Positions 46,875 to 55,869 of a stretch of 60,985 nucleotides of DNA are shown here, piece after piece. A model generated the notes under the pieces. It was not told the DNA's origin. It saw nothing but the letters and a program-made list of their open reading frames with translations, and searched no databases. The stretch lies in assembly GCA_036377995.1 (NCBI GenBank), contig DASUXI010000048.1, forward strand, positions 1 through 60,985, written 5' to 3'. The stretch's first letter is position 1, and each line of letters begins with the position of its first letter. Position numbers and translations under genes: made by a program. This stretch comes from Gaiellaceae bacterium (lineage in GTDB: Bacteria; Actinomycetota; Thermoleophilia; Gaiellales; Gaiellaceae).

Positions 46875-49433
46875 CTACTCGTACTGCAGCGCTTCGAGCA
46901 CGTTCAGGCGGGCCGCGCGGCGTGCGGGAAAGATCGCCGCAATGATCCCGACGATAATGCCGGCGACCAGGAACGCGAGCAGCTGTCCGATGGGCACCGA
47001 GAGCACGATGAAGTCGACGCGCGCGATCAGAAGCCCGGCAAGGATGATGCCGAGCAAGATGCCGATGACGGCGCCGATCAACGCGGTGATCACGCTCTCG
47101 TGCCTGACCATGCGCCGCACCTGCCGGCGGGTCATGCCGATCGCACGGAGCATCCCGATCTCCCGTGTCCGCTCGAACACCGTCAGCACGAGTGTGTTGA
47201 CGATCCCGAAGAGGCTGACGATGACGGAGAGGGCGAGCAGGACATAGAGGATGTTCAGCACCGAGCTGAGCCCCGAGATCTGGTTGTCGATGAACTTCTG
47301 CCGTGTCGCGGCCTTTGCGTTCGGGAAGCGCTTCAGGGTGCGGTCGAGAGTCGCCTTGTTCGCGTCCGTCTGACCGCCCTGCATGATCACGAACGAGTAG
47401 AGGTTCTCGGGATTGGAGTTGTGGCGGTCGAAGACGCTCGTCGAGATCGTGACGCGCCCGAACGGTGAGCCTCCCGTCGGAGGATCGAAGATGCCCTTGA
47501 CGTTGAAGAGCTCCTGGCTCCCGTTCGGGAACGTCAGCGGAACGGGGGAGCCGACCGCGAGGTGGTGGTCGTCGGCGTAGCCTTTGTCGACGAATGCGCC
47601 GTCCTCGCCGAGCGATCGCAGCACGGCCGACGAGCCTTCCTTCCAGTCGAGATTGAAGATCTCGCTCGCGGGCGGATTGACGGCGGTCAGCGAGACCTTG
47701 TGACCGAAGGCGAGTGCCTGGCCGGCACGGACGTTGCCCACCGAGACCACGCCCGGTGCCTTGGCGGCTGCGTCCGCGGCGGCGATCGGGATCGGGCTGA
47801 AGTTGTTCTGGGCGGTGATCGCGTAGTCGGCGTTGCGCCAGATGTCCTTCACGGAGCCGCGAAAGCTCGACACGATCCCGGCTGCGAGCATCGACACGAG
47901 GGTGACGAGCGCGAGTCCGATCATCAGCGCCGACGCAGTGGAGGCGGTCCGCTGCGGGTTGCGGCGCGAGTTGTCGCGGGCCAGCGCGCCGGCCGCGCCG
48001 CCGATGCGGGTTGCGGGCCAGCCGAGAGTCCACGCGAGCGGCCCGACCAGTCGCACCGACAGGAGTGCGACGCCGAAGAACACGAGCAGCGCGCCGCCGA
48101 GCATGAGGAGCAGGATCTGGCCCGTGCCAAGGTTCGGGACGAAGAGCCCCGACAGCAAGGCCGCGAACCCGGCGGCCGCGAGGAGGATCGCGGCCGAAAG
48201 GCGGAAGCGCGCGAAGCGCGACTCGGGCAGGGTCGCGCCCTCGCGCACAGCGGCGATCGGCGGAACGCGAGTCGCGCGCAGCGCGGGGCGGAGGCTCGCG
48301 AGCAGCGTGACGACGATGCCGACCAGGAGTGACACGATCACCGTCCGCGTCTCGAGCGTGAGGCCGTTGTTGGGGAGCGTGAAGCCGAAAGCGTCGAAGA
48401 GCGAGAACAGGCCCTTGGCGAGAGCGAGGCCGGCAAAAAGGCCGACCACGGAGGCGCCGACTCCCATCACGAGAGCCTCCAGGAAGACCGACCGCAGGAT
48501 CTGGCGGCGGGAGGCGCCGAGCGTGCGCAGCGTGGCGAACTCGCGCGTCCGCTGCGCGATGGTGATCGAGAGCGAGTTGGCGATCACGAAGCTGCCGACG
48601 AATAGCGCCACGCCGCCGAAGCCGAGCAGGAACTTCTGCAGGAACGAGATGAAGGAGTTCGTGTCCTTGGCGTCCTCGTGCGACTGGGCCTGCGCGGTGC
48701 GGGCCTGCGTCCGCGGTGGCAGGACATTCCTCACCTCCGCCAGGAGTTTCTGATCGGAGACGCCCTGGTCGGCGGCGACGGCGATCTCGTCGAGCTTTCC
48801 GGGCTTGTCGAACAGCCGTTGAGCGGTGGGCAGGTCGAAGCCGGCGAGCGTCGCACCGCCGATCGTCGACACCGAGCCGAACTTGACGATGCCGGAGATG
48901 CGCAGCCGTTGAACGGCCCCGACCGCCTGAACGCCGATCGTCTGCCCGATCTTCAAGTGCTCCTTGCCGGCTGTCGCCTTGTCGACGACGACGTCGTTTC
49001 CCGTCGGCCAGGCGCCCGAGACGAGGATCAGCGGATTGAAGCGTGACTTGCCGCGCGCGATGCTGAAGCCGAGGTTCGGCGCGCCGCCGTAGACGATCGC
49101 CTTCCCGTTTTTCCCGATCAGGTGAGCCTGGCCGTTAACACTGCCCTCGGCGTCGGCCACGTCCGGCAGGCCGCGCACCTGCTGGAGGAGGCTCTGGTCG
49201 AACGACGGCGCGGAGACGCCGCTGTCGCTGCTGACGTCGAATGCGGACTTGCCGCTGATGACGACGTCCGACCCCTTGCGGGTCTCGTAGAAGATCGAGT
49301 GGAACGCCTTGTTGATCGAGTCGGTGAGGACGTAAGTCCCGCTCACCGTGGCGACTCCCAGAAGGATCGCGATCGCCGTCAGGACCGTGCGGAGCTTGTG
49401 GCCGAGGAGGCCGCGGAGCGCGAAAGCGGTCAC
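46875..49433 (-). CDS. ABC exporter permease with two FtsX-type domains (MacB/YbbP-like)
   Basis: 852 aa. Two repeats, each a TM plus a large extracytoplasmic domain plus 3 TM, with REFATLRTLGASRRQI and REIGMLRAIGMTRRQV signature loops. Confidence 0.85.
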   Translation of the reverse strand: MTAFALRGLLGHKLRTVLTAIAILLGVATVSGTYVLTDSINKAFHSIFYETRKGSDVVISGKSAFDVSSDSGVSAPSFDQSLLQQVRGLPDVADAEGSVNGQAHLIGKNGKAIVYGGAPNLGFSIARGKSRFNPLILVSGAWPTGNDVVVDKATAGKEHLKIGQTIGVQAVGAVQRLRISGIVKFGSVSTIGGATLAGFDLPTAQRLFDKPGKLDEIAVAADQGVSDQKLLAEVRNVLPPRTQARTAQAQSHEDAKDTNSFISFLQKFLLGFGGVALFVGSFVIANSLSITIAQRTREFATLRTLGASRRQILRSVFLEALVMGVGASVVGLFAGLALAKGLFSLFDAFGFTLPNNGLTLETRTVIVSLLVGIVVTLLASLRPALRATRVPPIAAVREGATLPESRFARFRLSAAILLAAAGFAALLSGLFVPNLGTGQILLLMLGGALLVFFGVALLSVRLVGPLAWTLGWPATRIGGAAGALARDNSRRNPQRTASTASALMIGLALVTLVSMLAAGIVSSFRGSVKDIWRNADYAITAQNNFSPIPIAAADAAAKAPGVVSVGNVRAGQALAFGHKVSLTAVNPPASEIFNLDWKEGSSAVLRSLGEDGAFVDKGYADDHHLAVGSPVPLTFPNGSQELFNVKGIFDPPTGGSPFGRVTISTSVFDRHNSNPENLYSFVIMQGGQTDANKATLDRTLKRFPNAKAATRQKFIDNQISGLSSVLNILYVLLALSVIVSLFGIVNTLVLTVFERTREIGMLRAIGMTRRQVRRMVRHESVITALIGAVIGILLGIILAGLLIARVDFIVLSVPIGQLLAFLVAGIIVGIIAAIFPARRAARLNVLEALQYE

Positions 49434-50206
49434 GACTCGCCCAGTGCCTCCATGGCGGTCACGACCTCGTGCGTGGACAAGCCCTTTGCTTCCCGGACGA
49501 TCAGGCCGTCGTCGAGGAAGAGGACACGGTCGGCGATCGCCGCCGCGCGCGGCTCGTGGGTCACCATGACGATGGTCTGGCCGAGCTCGCGCACCGACGT
49601 GCTCAGGAGCTCGAGGATCTCGCCGCTCGTCTTCGAGTCCAGGTTCCCGGTCGGCTCGTCGGCGAAGATGATGGTCGGCTTGTTCACGAGGGCGCGGCCG
49701 ATGGCGACCCGCTGCTGCTGGCCGCCGGAAAGCTCCGCGGGCCGGTGGTCACGGCGTGCGGACAGCCCGACCTCCTCGAGCAGGTCGTCAACCCAGGCCT
49801 TGTCGGGCTTCTCCCCGGCGATCGAGAGTGGGAGCACGACGTTCTCCTCCGCGTCGAGCATCGGCAGGAGGTTGAAGAACTGGAACACGAACCCGATGTG
49901 GGTGCGGCGCAGCTTCGTCAAATCCGAGTCGTTCAGCTTCGAGATGTTGGTGCCGGCGATGGTCACCGTGCCGGACGTGGGCTTGTCGAGCCCCGCGAGG
50001 ATGTGCATCAGTGTCGACTTGCCGGAGCCCGATGGCCCCATGACCGCGGTCAATTGGCCTTTGGACACCTCGAGCGAGACGCCGCGGAGAGCGTCGACCG
50101 CGGTCTCGCCCTCCCCATATCGGCGCGTGAGGTCGACCGCCGACACGACAGGCCCGGTGTCGGGCGTCTCGGCCGGAGGTGGGGCGGGAACTGCTGCTTC
50201 GCTCAT
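49430..50206 (-). CDS. ABC transporter ATP-binding protein (MacB/LolD type)
   Basis: Walker A GPSGSGKST, signature LSGGQQQRVAIGRAL, Walker B IIFADEPTGNLD. ATG 50206 has GGAGGA 4 nt upstream. 4-nt overlap with the permease gene. Confidence 0.9.
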   Translation of the reverse strand: MSEAAVPAPPPAETPDTGPVVSAVDLTRRYGEGETAVDALRGVSLEVSKGQLTAVMGPSGSGKSTLMHILAGLDKPTSGTVTIAGTNISKLNDSDLTKLRRTHIGFVFQFFNLLPMLDAEENVVLPLSIAGEKPDKAWVDDLLEEVGLSARRDHRPAELSGGQQQRVAIGRALVNKPTIIFADEPTGNLDSKTSGEILELLSTSVRELGQTIVMVTHEPRAAAIADRVLFLDDGLIVREAKGLSTHEVVTAMEALGES

Positions 50207-50287
50207 CTGTCCTCCATTTCGATGAGGCAAGTTTTCAGCCTATCCATGGCGCCGGCAAGGTGGCTAGCACGCTGTTCGATGGTGCGG

Positions 50288-51331
50288 TTAACCGGCCCTG
50301 TCGCCCGTCAGGAGGCACCAGAGCGCGAAGGCCGCATACGCCGTGACGAGAACGACTCCTTCCCACCGGCGCGCCCGGCCGTCACGGACCACGAACGCGA
50401 CGAAGACGGCGGCGCCTCCCATGCCGACGAGCTCGATAGGGCGAAACGCGAGCGCCAGCGGATGCGCGAACGCGAAGGACGCGAGGGCGACGACCGGAAT
50501 GACGAAGAGCCCCACCTGGGCGCTCGACGAGACCGCGATCTCCGTCGCCAGCATCATCTTCCCTCGCCGCGCGATGACGACCGCGCCGCCGTGCTCGGCT
50601 GCATTCCCGACGATCGCCACGACCACGATCGCGATGAAGAACTCGGACAGGTTGGCCGCGTCGGCGAAGGCGGAGAGCGAGTGCACGAGGACCTCGCTGA
50701 TGAGGGCGGTGGCCACGGTCGCGAGGGCCAGCGTCCCGAGGGCGAGCCGCAGGCTCCAGCCGGAATGCTCGGGCGGGGTTTCGTGCGCTCTCTCACGACG
50801 AAAGGTCACGACCATCACGACGGCGTAGAGCAGGAGCAGGACGACGGCGGGGCCGATCGTGAGAACTGCGAGCGAGTGCCTGTTCGGGTTCCCGTGCCAG
50901 CCCGGGATCGACGGGACGAGAAAGAGCAGGACCGCGGTGATGACCAGTCCGAGCTGACGGAGCAGGGAGTTGCGGTCGAGCCGAGCGTTGTCCTCTCCGA
51001 CCAGCAGCGCCGCGCCCATCACGAGCAGGATGTTCGACACGACCGAGCCCGCCATCGAGCCGCGAACGACGTCCGGCAGGTTGTCGGACACGGCAATGAT
51101 CGCGATGATCACCTCGGGCGCGTTCCCGAAGCTCGCGTTCAGCAGGCCGCCGATTCGAGGCCCGGTGTGTTCCCCGGCATGTTCGGTGGCTTCCCCGATC
51201 AGCCACGCGAGAGGGATGAGTGCGACGGCAGCGAGGACGAAGAGGACGACCTCGCCCGGATGGGCAACGGCGTCGACGACCAGGGTGATCGGCGCGAGCG
51301 CGAGCGAGGCCCAGAGGAGTCGTCGCGCCAC
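50288..51331 (-). CDS. Ca2+/H+ antiporter (CaCA/CAX family)
   Basis: Two alpha-repeats, GNAPEVIIAI and GNAAEHGGAV; about 11 TM helices. Confidence 0.85.
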   Translation of the reverse strand: MARRLLWASLALAPITLVVDAVAHPGEVVLFVLAAVALIPLAWLIGEATEHAGEHTGPRIGGLLNASFGNAPEVIIAIIAVSDNLPDVVRGSMAGSVVSNILLVMGAALLVGEDNARLDRNSLLRQLGLVITAVLLFLVPSIPGWHGNPNRHSLAVLTIGPAVVLLLLYAVVMVVTFRRERAHETPPEHSGWSLRLALGTLALATVATALISEVLVHSLSAFADAANLSEFFIAIVVVAIVGNAAEHGGAVVIARRGKMMLATEIAVSSSAQVGLFVIPVVALASFAFAHPLALAFRPIELVGMGGAAVFVAFVVRDGRARRWEGVVLVTAYAAFALWCLLTGDRAG

Positions 51332-51458
51332 GGCGGCCTACCCTAGCGGCCGGACGTCACGGCGTTCGACCGTCGCGGCCTCGCGACGCTGCACTAGCCG
51401 ATCTTGCGCCCCGATGTCAAGTCTTGCGGTGCCGAGTTTCTGGCACGACAATTCCTCT

Positions 51459-51881
51459 ATGACGCCAGACGCGCAGCGCGTCGCGGTTCCCGGGCAGAAG
51501 CTTCCGCTTCGGCCCCAGGACGAGCTGGAGTGCCGCCGCTGCGACGTTCACTGCGACAAGGTCGTCTACCCCTCGGCGTGCATCGAGCGCGCCTGTCCGT
51601 TTCTCTACGCGTTCGAAGAGTTCGGGCAGACATACGTCGGGTGCATGCAAAAGGTGTACGGCGTCGAGATCAACCTGGAGATGCTCCGCGAGGCGGAGGC
51701 AAGGCGCGAGGGCTTCGGTGCCGTACGGGCGACCCGCGCCGCGCTGCCGATGTGCCGCGTCGAGGTCGAGGAGTGCTATGGGCCCGAGCGCTCGGGCGAG
51801 CTCGGATGCGTCAACCCCGAGTTCCACGAGTTGCCGGTCGGAGCGCCGACCTTCAAGGTCTTCGCTCGGCTAACGGACTGA
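51459..51881 (+). CDS. Cys-rich small protein of unknown function (9 Cys in 140 aa)
   Basis: ATG 51459. C-x2-C-x3-C-x8-C-x4-C (ECRRCDVHCDKVVYPSACIERAC) plus four further Cys. High GC3. The upstream part of the 303-aa ORF is antisense to the antiporter gene. Confidence 0.55.
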   Translation: MTPDAQRVAVPGQKLPLRPQDELECRRCDVHCDKVVYPSACIERACPFLYAFEEFGQTYVGCMQKVYGVEINLEMLREAEARREGFGAVRATRAALPMCRVEVEECYGPERSGELGCVNPEFHELPVGAPTFKVFARLTD

Positions 51882-53070
51882 GCAGCCCGTAGCCAACGAG
51901 CGGGCTCAGCGCCGCGAGCACGAACGCGGACCGCCACGACGCGTGATGCACGACCAGGGCGAACCCGATCGGGGCCACGATCGAGCCCGCCGAGAGGAAG
52001 GTCTGCTGCAGCCCGATCGCCGCTCCGCTTCGTGCCCGGCCGGCGGCCTCGGCCGTGGCGGTGAACGAGAGGCCGTTCCAGGAGAGGGCGAACGTGCCGG
52101 CGACGACGAGCGCGGGAACGAGGAGCCAAGTGGACGCGTCGAGCAGCGCGGCGGCGATGCCGACCGTGAGCGCCAGGCCGATCGCGACCTGCCGCAAGGG
52201 AACGATCCGCATGCGCACCCGGTCGGACCACCGGCCCGCGGCGATCCGCGCGATGCCGCCGAGGACCTGTGTCGCAGCAAACACGCCCGCGGCCAGAGCA
52301 GTCCCGATGCCGCGGTGGTCGTGGAGAAAGAGGACGAAGAAGCCGATCAGGCTCAGCTGCGTCGTGACGTAGAAGGTGCTTGCGGTGCAGATCCGCCATA
52401 CCCTCGGATCGCGGAGCGGGCGCGCGAGCGAGGAGTGCTCGTCCGACGGCTCGACGCGAATCAGGAGGGCTCCGACGATCGCCGCGAGGAGGCATGCGCA
52501 GGCGAGGCCGTCGAAGGCAGCGTGGATGCTCACATGTTGTTGCAGCGCCGGGAGCGCGACGGCGGCAACCGCCCCGCCGAGCGGCACCGCCATCTGGCGA
52601 ATCCCGAGCGCGAGGCCGCGCTCGTGCGGGCCGAACCAGGCCATCACCGCGCGGCCGCTGGCCGCGTTCACACCCGCGCCGATCCCGCCGGCGACGGTGA
52701 GGGCGCCGACGAGCTCGGCGAAGGAAGACGCGTAAGCCGCCCAGACGAGAGCACCCGCTGTCCCCGCCTGCCCGATTGCGATCACCACGCGTTCTCCAAC
52801 CCGGTCGGCGACGAGACCCCAGGCGAGCAGCGTCGCGAGCGAGCCGAAGTTGACCGCCGCGAGTACGACGCCGACCTGCGTGAGGGTCAGGTCGAAGTGG
52901 TGCCGGATGGCCGGGGCGATCGCGGGCAGCCCGAGGAGGATTGCCGAGTACGCGGCCTGCGCCAGGACCCCGGCGGCGAGGATCGTCCAGCGGTAGCTAC
53001 GCGGTCGCGCGGGCGTGGAGCTCACGGAGCTTGCGGATCTCCTCGGCGTTCGGGCCGTGCCCGTCGGCAC
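51853..53070 (-). CDS. MFS transporter (12 TM)
   Basis: Loop 2-3 motif LAWGLVADRVGER and WSDRVRMR. The start is uncertain (53070 or GTG 53025); both overlap the nfo 3' end. The 3' end overlaps the convergent Cys-rich gene by 29 nt. Confidence 0.8.
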   Translation of the reverse strand: MPTGTARTPRRSASSVSSTPARPRSYRWTILAAGVLAQAAYSAILLGLPAIAPAIRHHFDLTLTQVGVVLAAVNFGSLATLLAWGLVADRVGERVVIAIGQAGTAGALVWAAYASSFAELVGALTVAGGIGAGVNAASGRAVMAWFGPHERGLALGIRQMAVPLGGAVAAVALPALQQHVSIHAAFDGLACACLLAAIVGALLIRVEPSDEHSSLARPLRDPRVWRICTASTFYVTTQLSLIGFFVLFLHDHRGIGTALAAGVFAATQVLGGIARIAAGRWSDRVRMRIVPLRQVAIGLALTVGIAAALLDASTWLLVPALVVAGTFALSWNGLSFTATAEAAGRARSGAAIGLQQTFLSAGSIVAPIGFALVVHHASWRSAFVLAALSPLVGYGLLSPLAERRP

Positions 53071-53839
53071 CGGGAACCTCGAGCAGAACGGGCAGTTCCT
53101 GGAGCGCCGGCTGCGCGAGGAAGACGCCGAGTCCCTCTCCCATCAGCCCGGCACCGATGTTGTCGTGGCGGTCACGGTTCGAGCCGAGCGGCGCCTTCGC
53201 GTCGTTCGCGTGCAAGGCACGAAGGCGGTCGAGCCCGATGCGTCGGTCGAGCTCGGCGAGGAGCGCCGCCATCGTCTCCGGGTCCGTGACGTCGGTTCCG
53301 GAGACATAGAGGTGGCACGAGTCGAGGCAGATGCCGAGACGCGGGTGACGGTCGAGCGCGTCGAAGAGGACTGCCAGCTCGTCCACCGAGCGGCCGATCG
53401 TTCCGCCGGCGCCGGCGGAGTTCTCCATCAGGAGCCAGGTGCGGTCGTTCGTGCGGTCGAGGATCTGCACCAGAGCGGGAACGACCCGCTCGATCCCGGC
53501 GTCGAGGCCGGCGCCTAGGTGTGAGCCGACGTGGAACACGACGCCGTCGGCGTCGATCGCGCAGGCCGCGTCGAGAGTCGCGCGCATGGTCTCGACGCTC
53601 TTCGCGTAGATCTGCTCGTTCGGCGCGGCGAGGTTGACGAGGTAGAGCGCGTGCACGAAGGCGGGCAGGCCGGCCTTCTCGCGGCGGGCGCGGAAGTTCT
53701 GCAGGTCTTCCGCGTCGTGGTCGGGGAATCGCCAGGTGCGCGGGCTTTGAACGAAGAGCTGGACGGCGTCGGCGTCCATCTCGACCGCCTTGTCCAGTGC
53801 CTTCTTGATCCCGCCCGAGCAGTGCGCGCCGAACCGCAT
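52997..53839 (-). CDS. nfo: Endonuclease IV (AP endonuclease family 2)
   Basis: ATG 53839 (MRFGAHCS). VHALYLVNLA, VFHVGSH, ENSAG, CLDSCHLY, HANDAK, DRHDNIGAG. Confidence 0.9.
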   Translation of the reverse strand: MRFGAHCSGGIKKALDKAVEMDADAVQLFVQSPRTWRFPDHDAEDLQNFRARREKAGLPAFVHALYLVNLAAPNEQIYAKSVETMRATLDAACAIDADGVVFHVGSHLGAGLDAGIERVVPALVQILDRTNDRTWLLMENSAGAGGTIGRSVDELAVLFDALDRHPRLGICLDSCHLYVSGTDVTDPETMAALLAELDRRIGLDRLRALHANDAKAPLGSNRDRHDNIGAGLMGEGLGVFLAQPALQELPVLLEVPGADGHGPNAEEIRKLRELHARATA

Positions 53840-54011
53840 GCTGCCGACCCTAACGCTCCCCCGAACGGCCACGGCCGGAAAGATCGGGGTCAGACCCCGG
53901 TTGATTCGGACGGGGGCCTCCAGGCCGGGTGATTCGTGCCGAAGGTGTGAGTAATCGTCCCCAGCGGCAGGCGAAAGGATGCCCGGCGGAGCGACGTAGG
54001 ATGGCGCGACG

Positions 54012-55280
54012 ATGCCCGTACGCGTTCGCATGGCGCCGAGCCCCACCGGTGCGTTGCACGTCGGCGGCGTGCGGACGGCGCTCTTCAACTGGCTCTTCGC
54101 ACGCAACCGCGGCGGAGAGTTCCTGGTCAGGATCGAGAACACCGACACGAGCCGCGAGGTTCAGGGCGCGGTCGAGCACGCGCTCGAGTCTCTCGCCTGG
54201 CTCGGGCTCGACTGGGACCGCGAGCCGACATTCCAGCTCGACCGCGTCGCGGACACCGCTGCGACGGCGCGCAAGCTCGTCGCCGAGGGGAGGGCGTACG
54301 AGGACGAGGGCGCAATCAGGTTCCGCATGCCGGACGAGGGCGTGACCGGGTGGGACGACGTCGTAAAAGGGCGGATCGACTTCCCGAACGAGCAACTCGA
54401 GGACCTCGTGATTCTTCGCTCCGACGGCCGGCCGACGTACAACTTCGCCTCTCCGATGGAGGACGTGTGGGACGAGATCACGCACGTCATCCGGGGAGAC
54501 GACCACATCTCCAATACGCCGAAACAGATCAACGTGATTCGCGCCGTCGGGGCCGATCCACCCGTCTACGCGCACGTGCCGAATGTGCTCGGGACGGACG
54601 GCAGGAAGCTCTCCAAGCGTCACGGCGCGACCGGGGTCGACGAGCTTCGCAGCGCCGGCTACTTCGCCCCGGCGCTGATGAACTTCCTGGCCCTGCTCGG
54701 ATGGAGCTACGACGACAAGACGACGATCATGTCGCGTGACGAGCTGGTCGAACGCTTCGATCTCGACCGCGTGGTTCCGAGCCCGGCCGCGTTCGACTAC
54801 CAGAAGCTCGACTGGATGAACGGCGTCTATCTACGGCAACTCCCGGAGAAGCAGTACGCCGATGAGCTCGTCCGGTTCGTTCGCGACTCGGGCCTCGACT
54901 GGGACGAGGAGCTCGTCGCGCGGGCCGCGCCGCTCGTGCAGGAGAAGATCGAGCGGTTCGGACAGTTCCCGGATTTCGCCGGCTTCCTCTTCCACGCCGT
55001 CCAGCCGGATCCGGCGCTCCTCGACGAAAAGGCCGCCGTCCTGGCCGCCGCCACCGACGAGCTGCAGCAGGTCGACCCGTTCGGCGCGGCGGAAATCGAA
55101 TCTGCACTGCGGCGTCTGGCGGAGCGGCTCGAGCTTTCTCCACGAAAGGCTTTCGAGCCGATCCGGATCGCAGTGACGGGCTCCAAGGTGTCGCCGGGGC
55201 TCTTCGAAAGCCTCGAGCTCCTCGGCAAGGACGAGGCGACTCGCCGACTCAGTGCCGCCGCGGAACTCGCAACGGCCTAG
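54012..55280 (+). CDS. gltX: Glutamate--tRNA ligase
   Basis: MAPSPTGALHVGGVRTAL (HIGH), TYNFASPMEDV, KLSKRHG (KMSKS), C-terminal LFESLELLGKDE. 422 aa, rather short for GluRS. Confidence 0.88.
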   Translation: MPVRVRMAPSPTGALHVGGVRTALFNWLFARNRGGEFLVRIENTDTSREVQGAVEHALESLAWLGLDWDREPTFQLDRVADTAATARKLVAEGRAYEDEGAIRFRMPDEGVTGWDDVVKGRIDFPNEQLEDLVILRSDGRPTYNFASPMEDVWDEITHVIRGDDHISNTPKQINVIRAVGADPPVYAHVPNVLGTDGRKLSKRHGATGVDELRSAGYFAPALMNFLALLGWSYDDKTTIMSRDELVERFDLDRVVPSPAAFDYQKLDWMNGVYLRQLPEKQYADELVRFVRDSGLDWDEELVARAAPLVQEKIERFGQFPDFAGFLFHAVQPDPALLDEKAAVLAAATDELQQVDPFGAAEIESALRRLAERLELSPRKAFEPIRIAVTGSKVSPGLFESLELLGKDEATRRLSAAAELATA

Positions 55281-55387
55281 GCGCCGCGAGTGGATCCAGA
55301 GCACGCTGGAAGGCAAGCCAGGCCCGCCGCCTGAACTCTGGGCTGGCACGAGGGTAACCGTCCGCCGCTCGCGTCGAAGCTCGCACG

Positions 55388-55425
55388 GGCGCGGCTCCGG
55401 GAGGTGCGCGCCTGTTTGCCATTTT
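55388..55425 (+). terminator. Candidate intrinsic terminator about 110 nt downstream of gltX
   Basis: GGCGCG (55388-93) pairs with CGCGCC (55407-12), with an inner CTC/GAG extension, followed by the T-rich TGTTTGCCATTTT. Confidence 0.45.
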
Positions 55426-55478
55426 CGAGGGGTCAACGGACGATTCGCCGATCGGGTTACGCATAGACTGCCCCGCCA

Positions 55479-55859
55479 GTGGACTCGCCCAGCCAGTCGG
55501 TTCTCGTCGTCGACGACGATCCTTCGATCCGCCTGCTCTGCCGGGTCAATCTCGAGCTGGACGGCTGGCACGTCATCGAGGCGGCCACGGTGGAGCAGGC
55601 GCGTCGTGCCCTCGTCGACGCCGAGGTCGCGGTCGTCCTCCTCGACGTCCATGTCGGCACCGCCGACGGTCTGGAGCTCCTCGCCGAGATCCGGCGAGAC
55701 AGGCCCGGTTTGCGGGTGGCGCTTCTGACCGGTTCCGCCGGGCCGATCTCGGATGATCAGGCCCGTGCGGACGAGATCGTCACGAAGCCGTTCACGCTCG
55801 AGAAGTTGAACGAAACCGTGCGCAGGCTGGCGCTGACGACGGTCGAGAAGGCTGGATAG
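55479..55859 (+). CDS. Single-domain CheY-like response regulator (receiver only)
   Basis: VLVVDDDPSIR, acceptor context VVLLDVHVGTADG, ALLTGS, IVTKPF. 126 aa with no output domain. Confidence 0.85.
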   Translation: MDSPSQSVLVVDDDPSIRLLCRVNLELDGWHVIEAATVEQARRALVDAEVAVVLLDVHVGTADGLELLAEIRRDRPGLRVALLTGSAGPISDDQARADEIVTKPFTLEKLNETVRRLALTTVEKAG

Positions 55860-55869
55860 AGTCTTCGCG

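Noticed and set aside
55281-55387. tRNA-Gln/tRNA-Glu genes, which often follow gltX in Actinomycetota.
   Set aside because: No cloverleaf could be drawn, and there is no GGTTCGAATCC-like T-arm or acceptor-stem complementarity. The region only shows short local hairpins before the terminator-like structure at 55388-55425.
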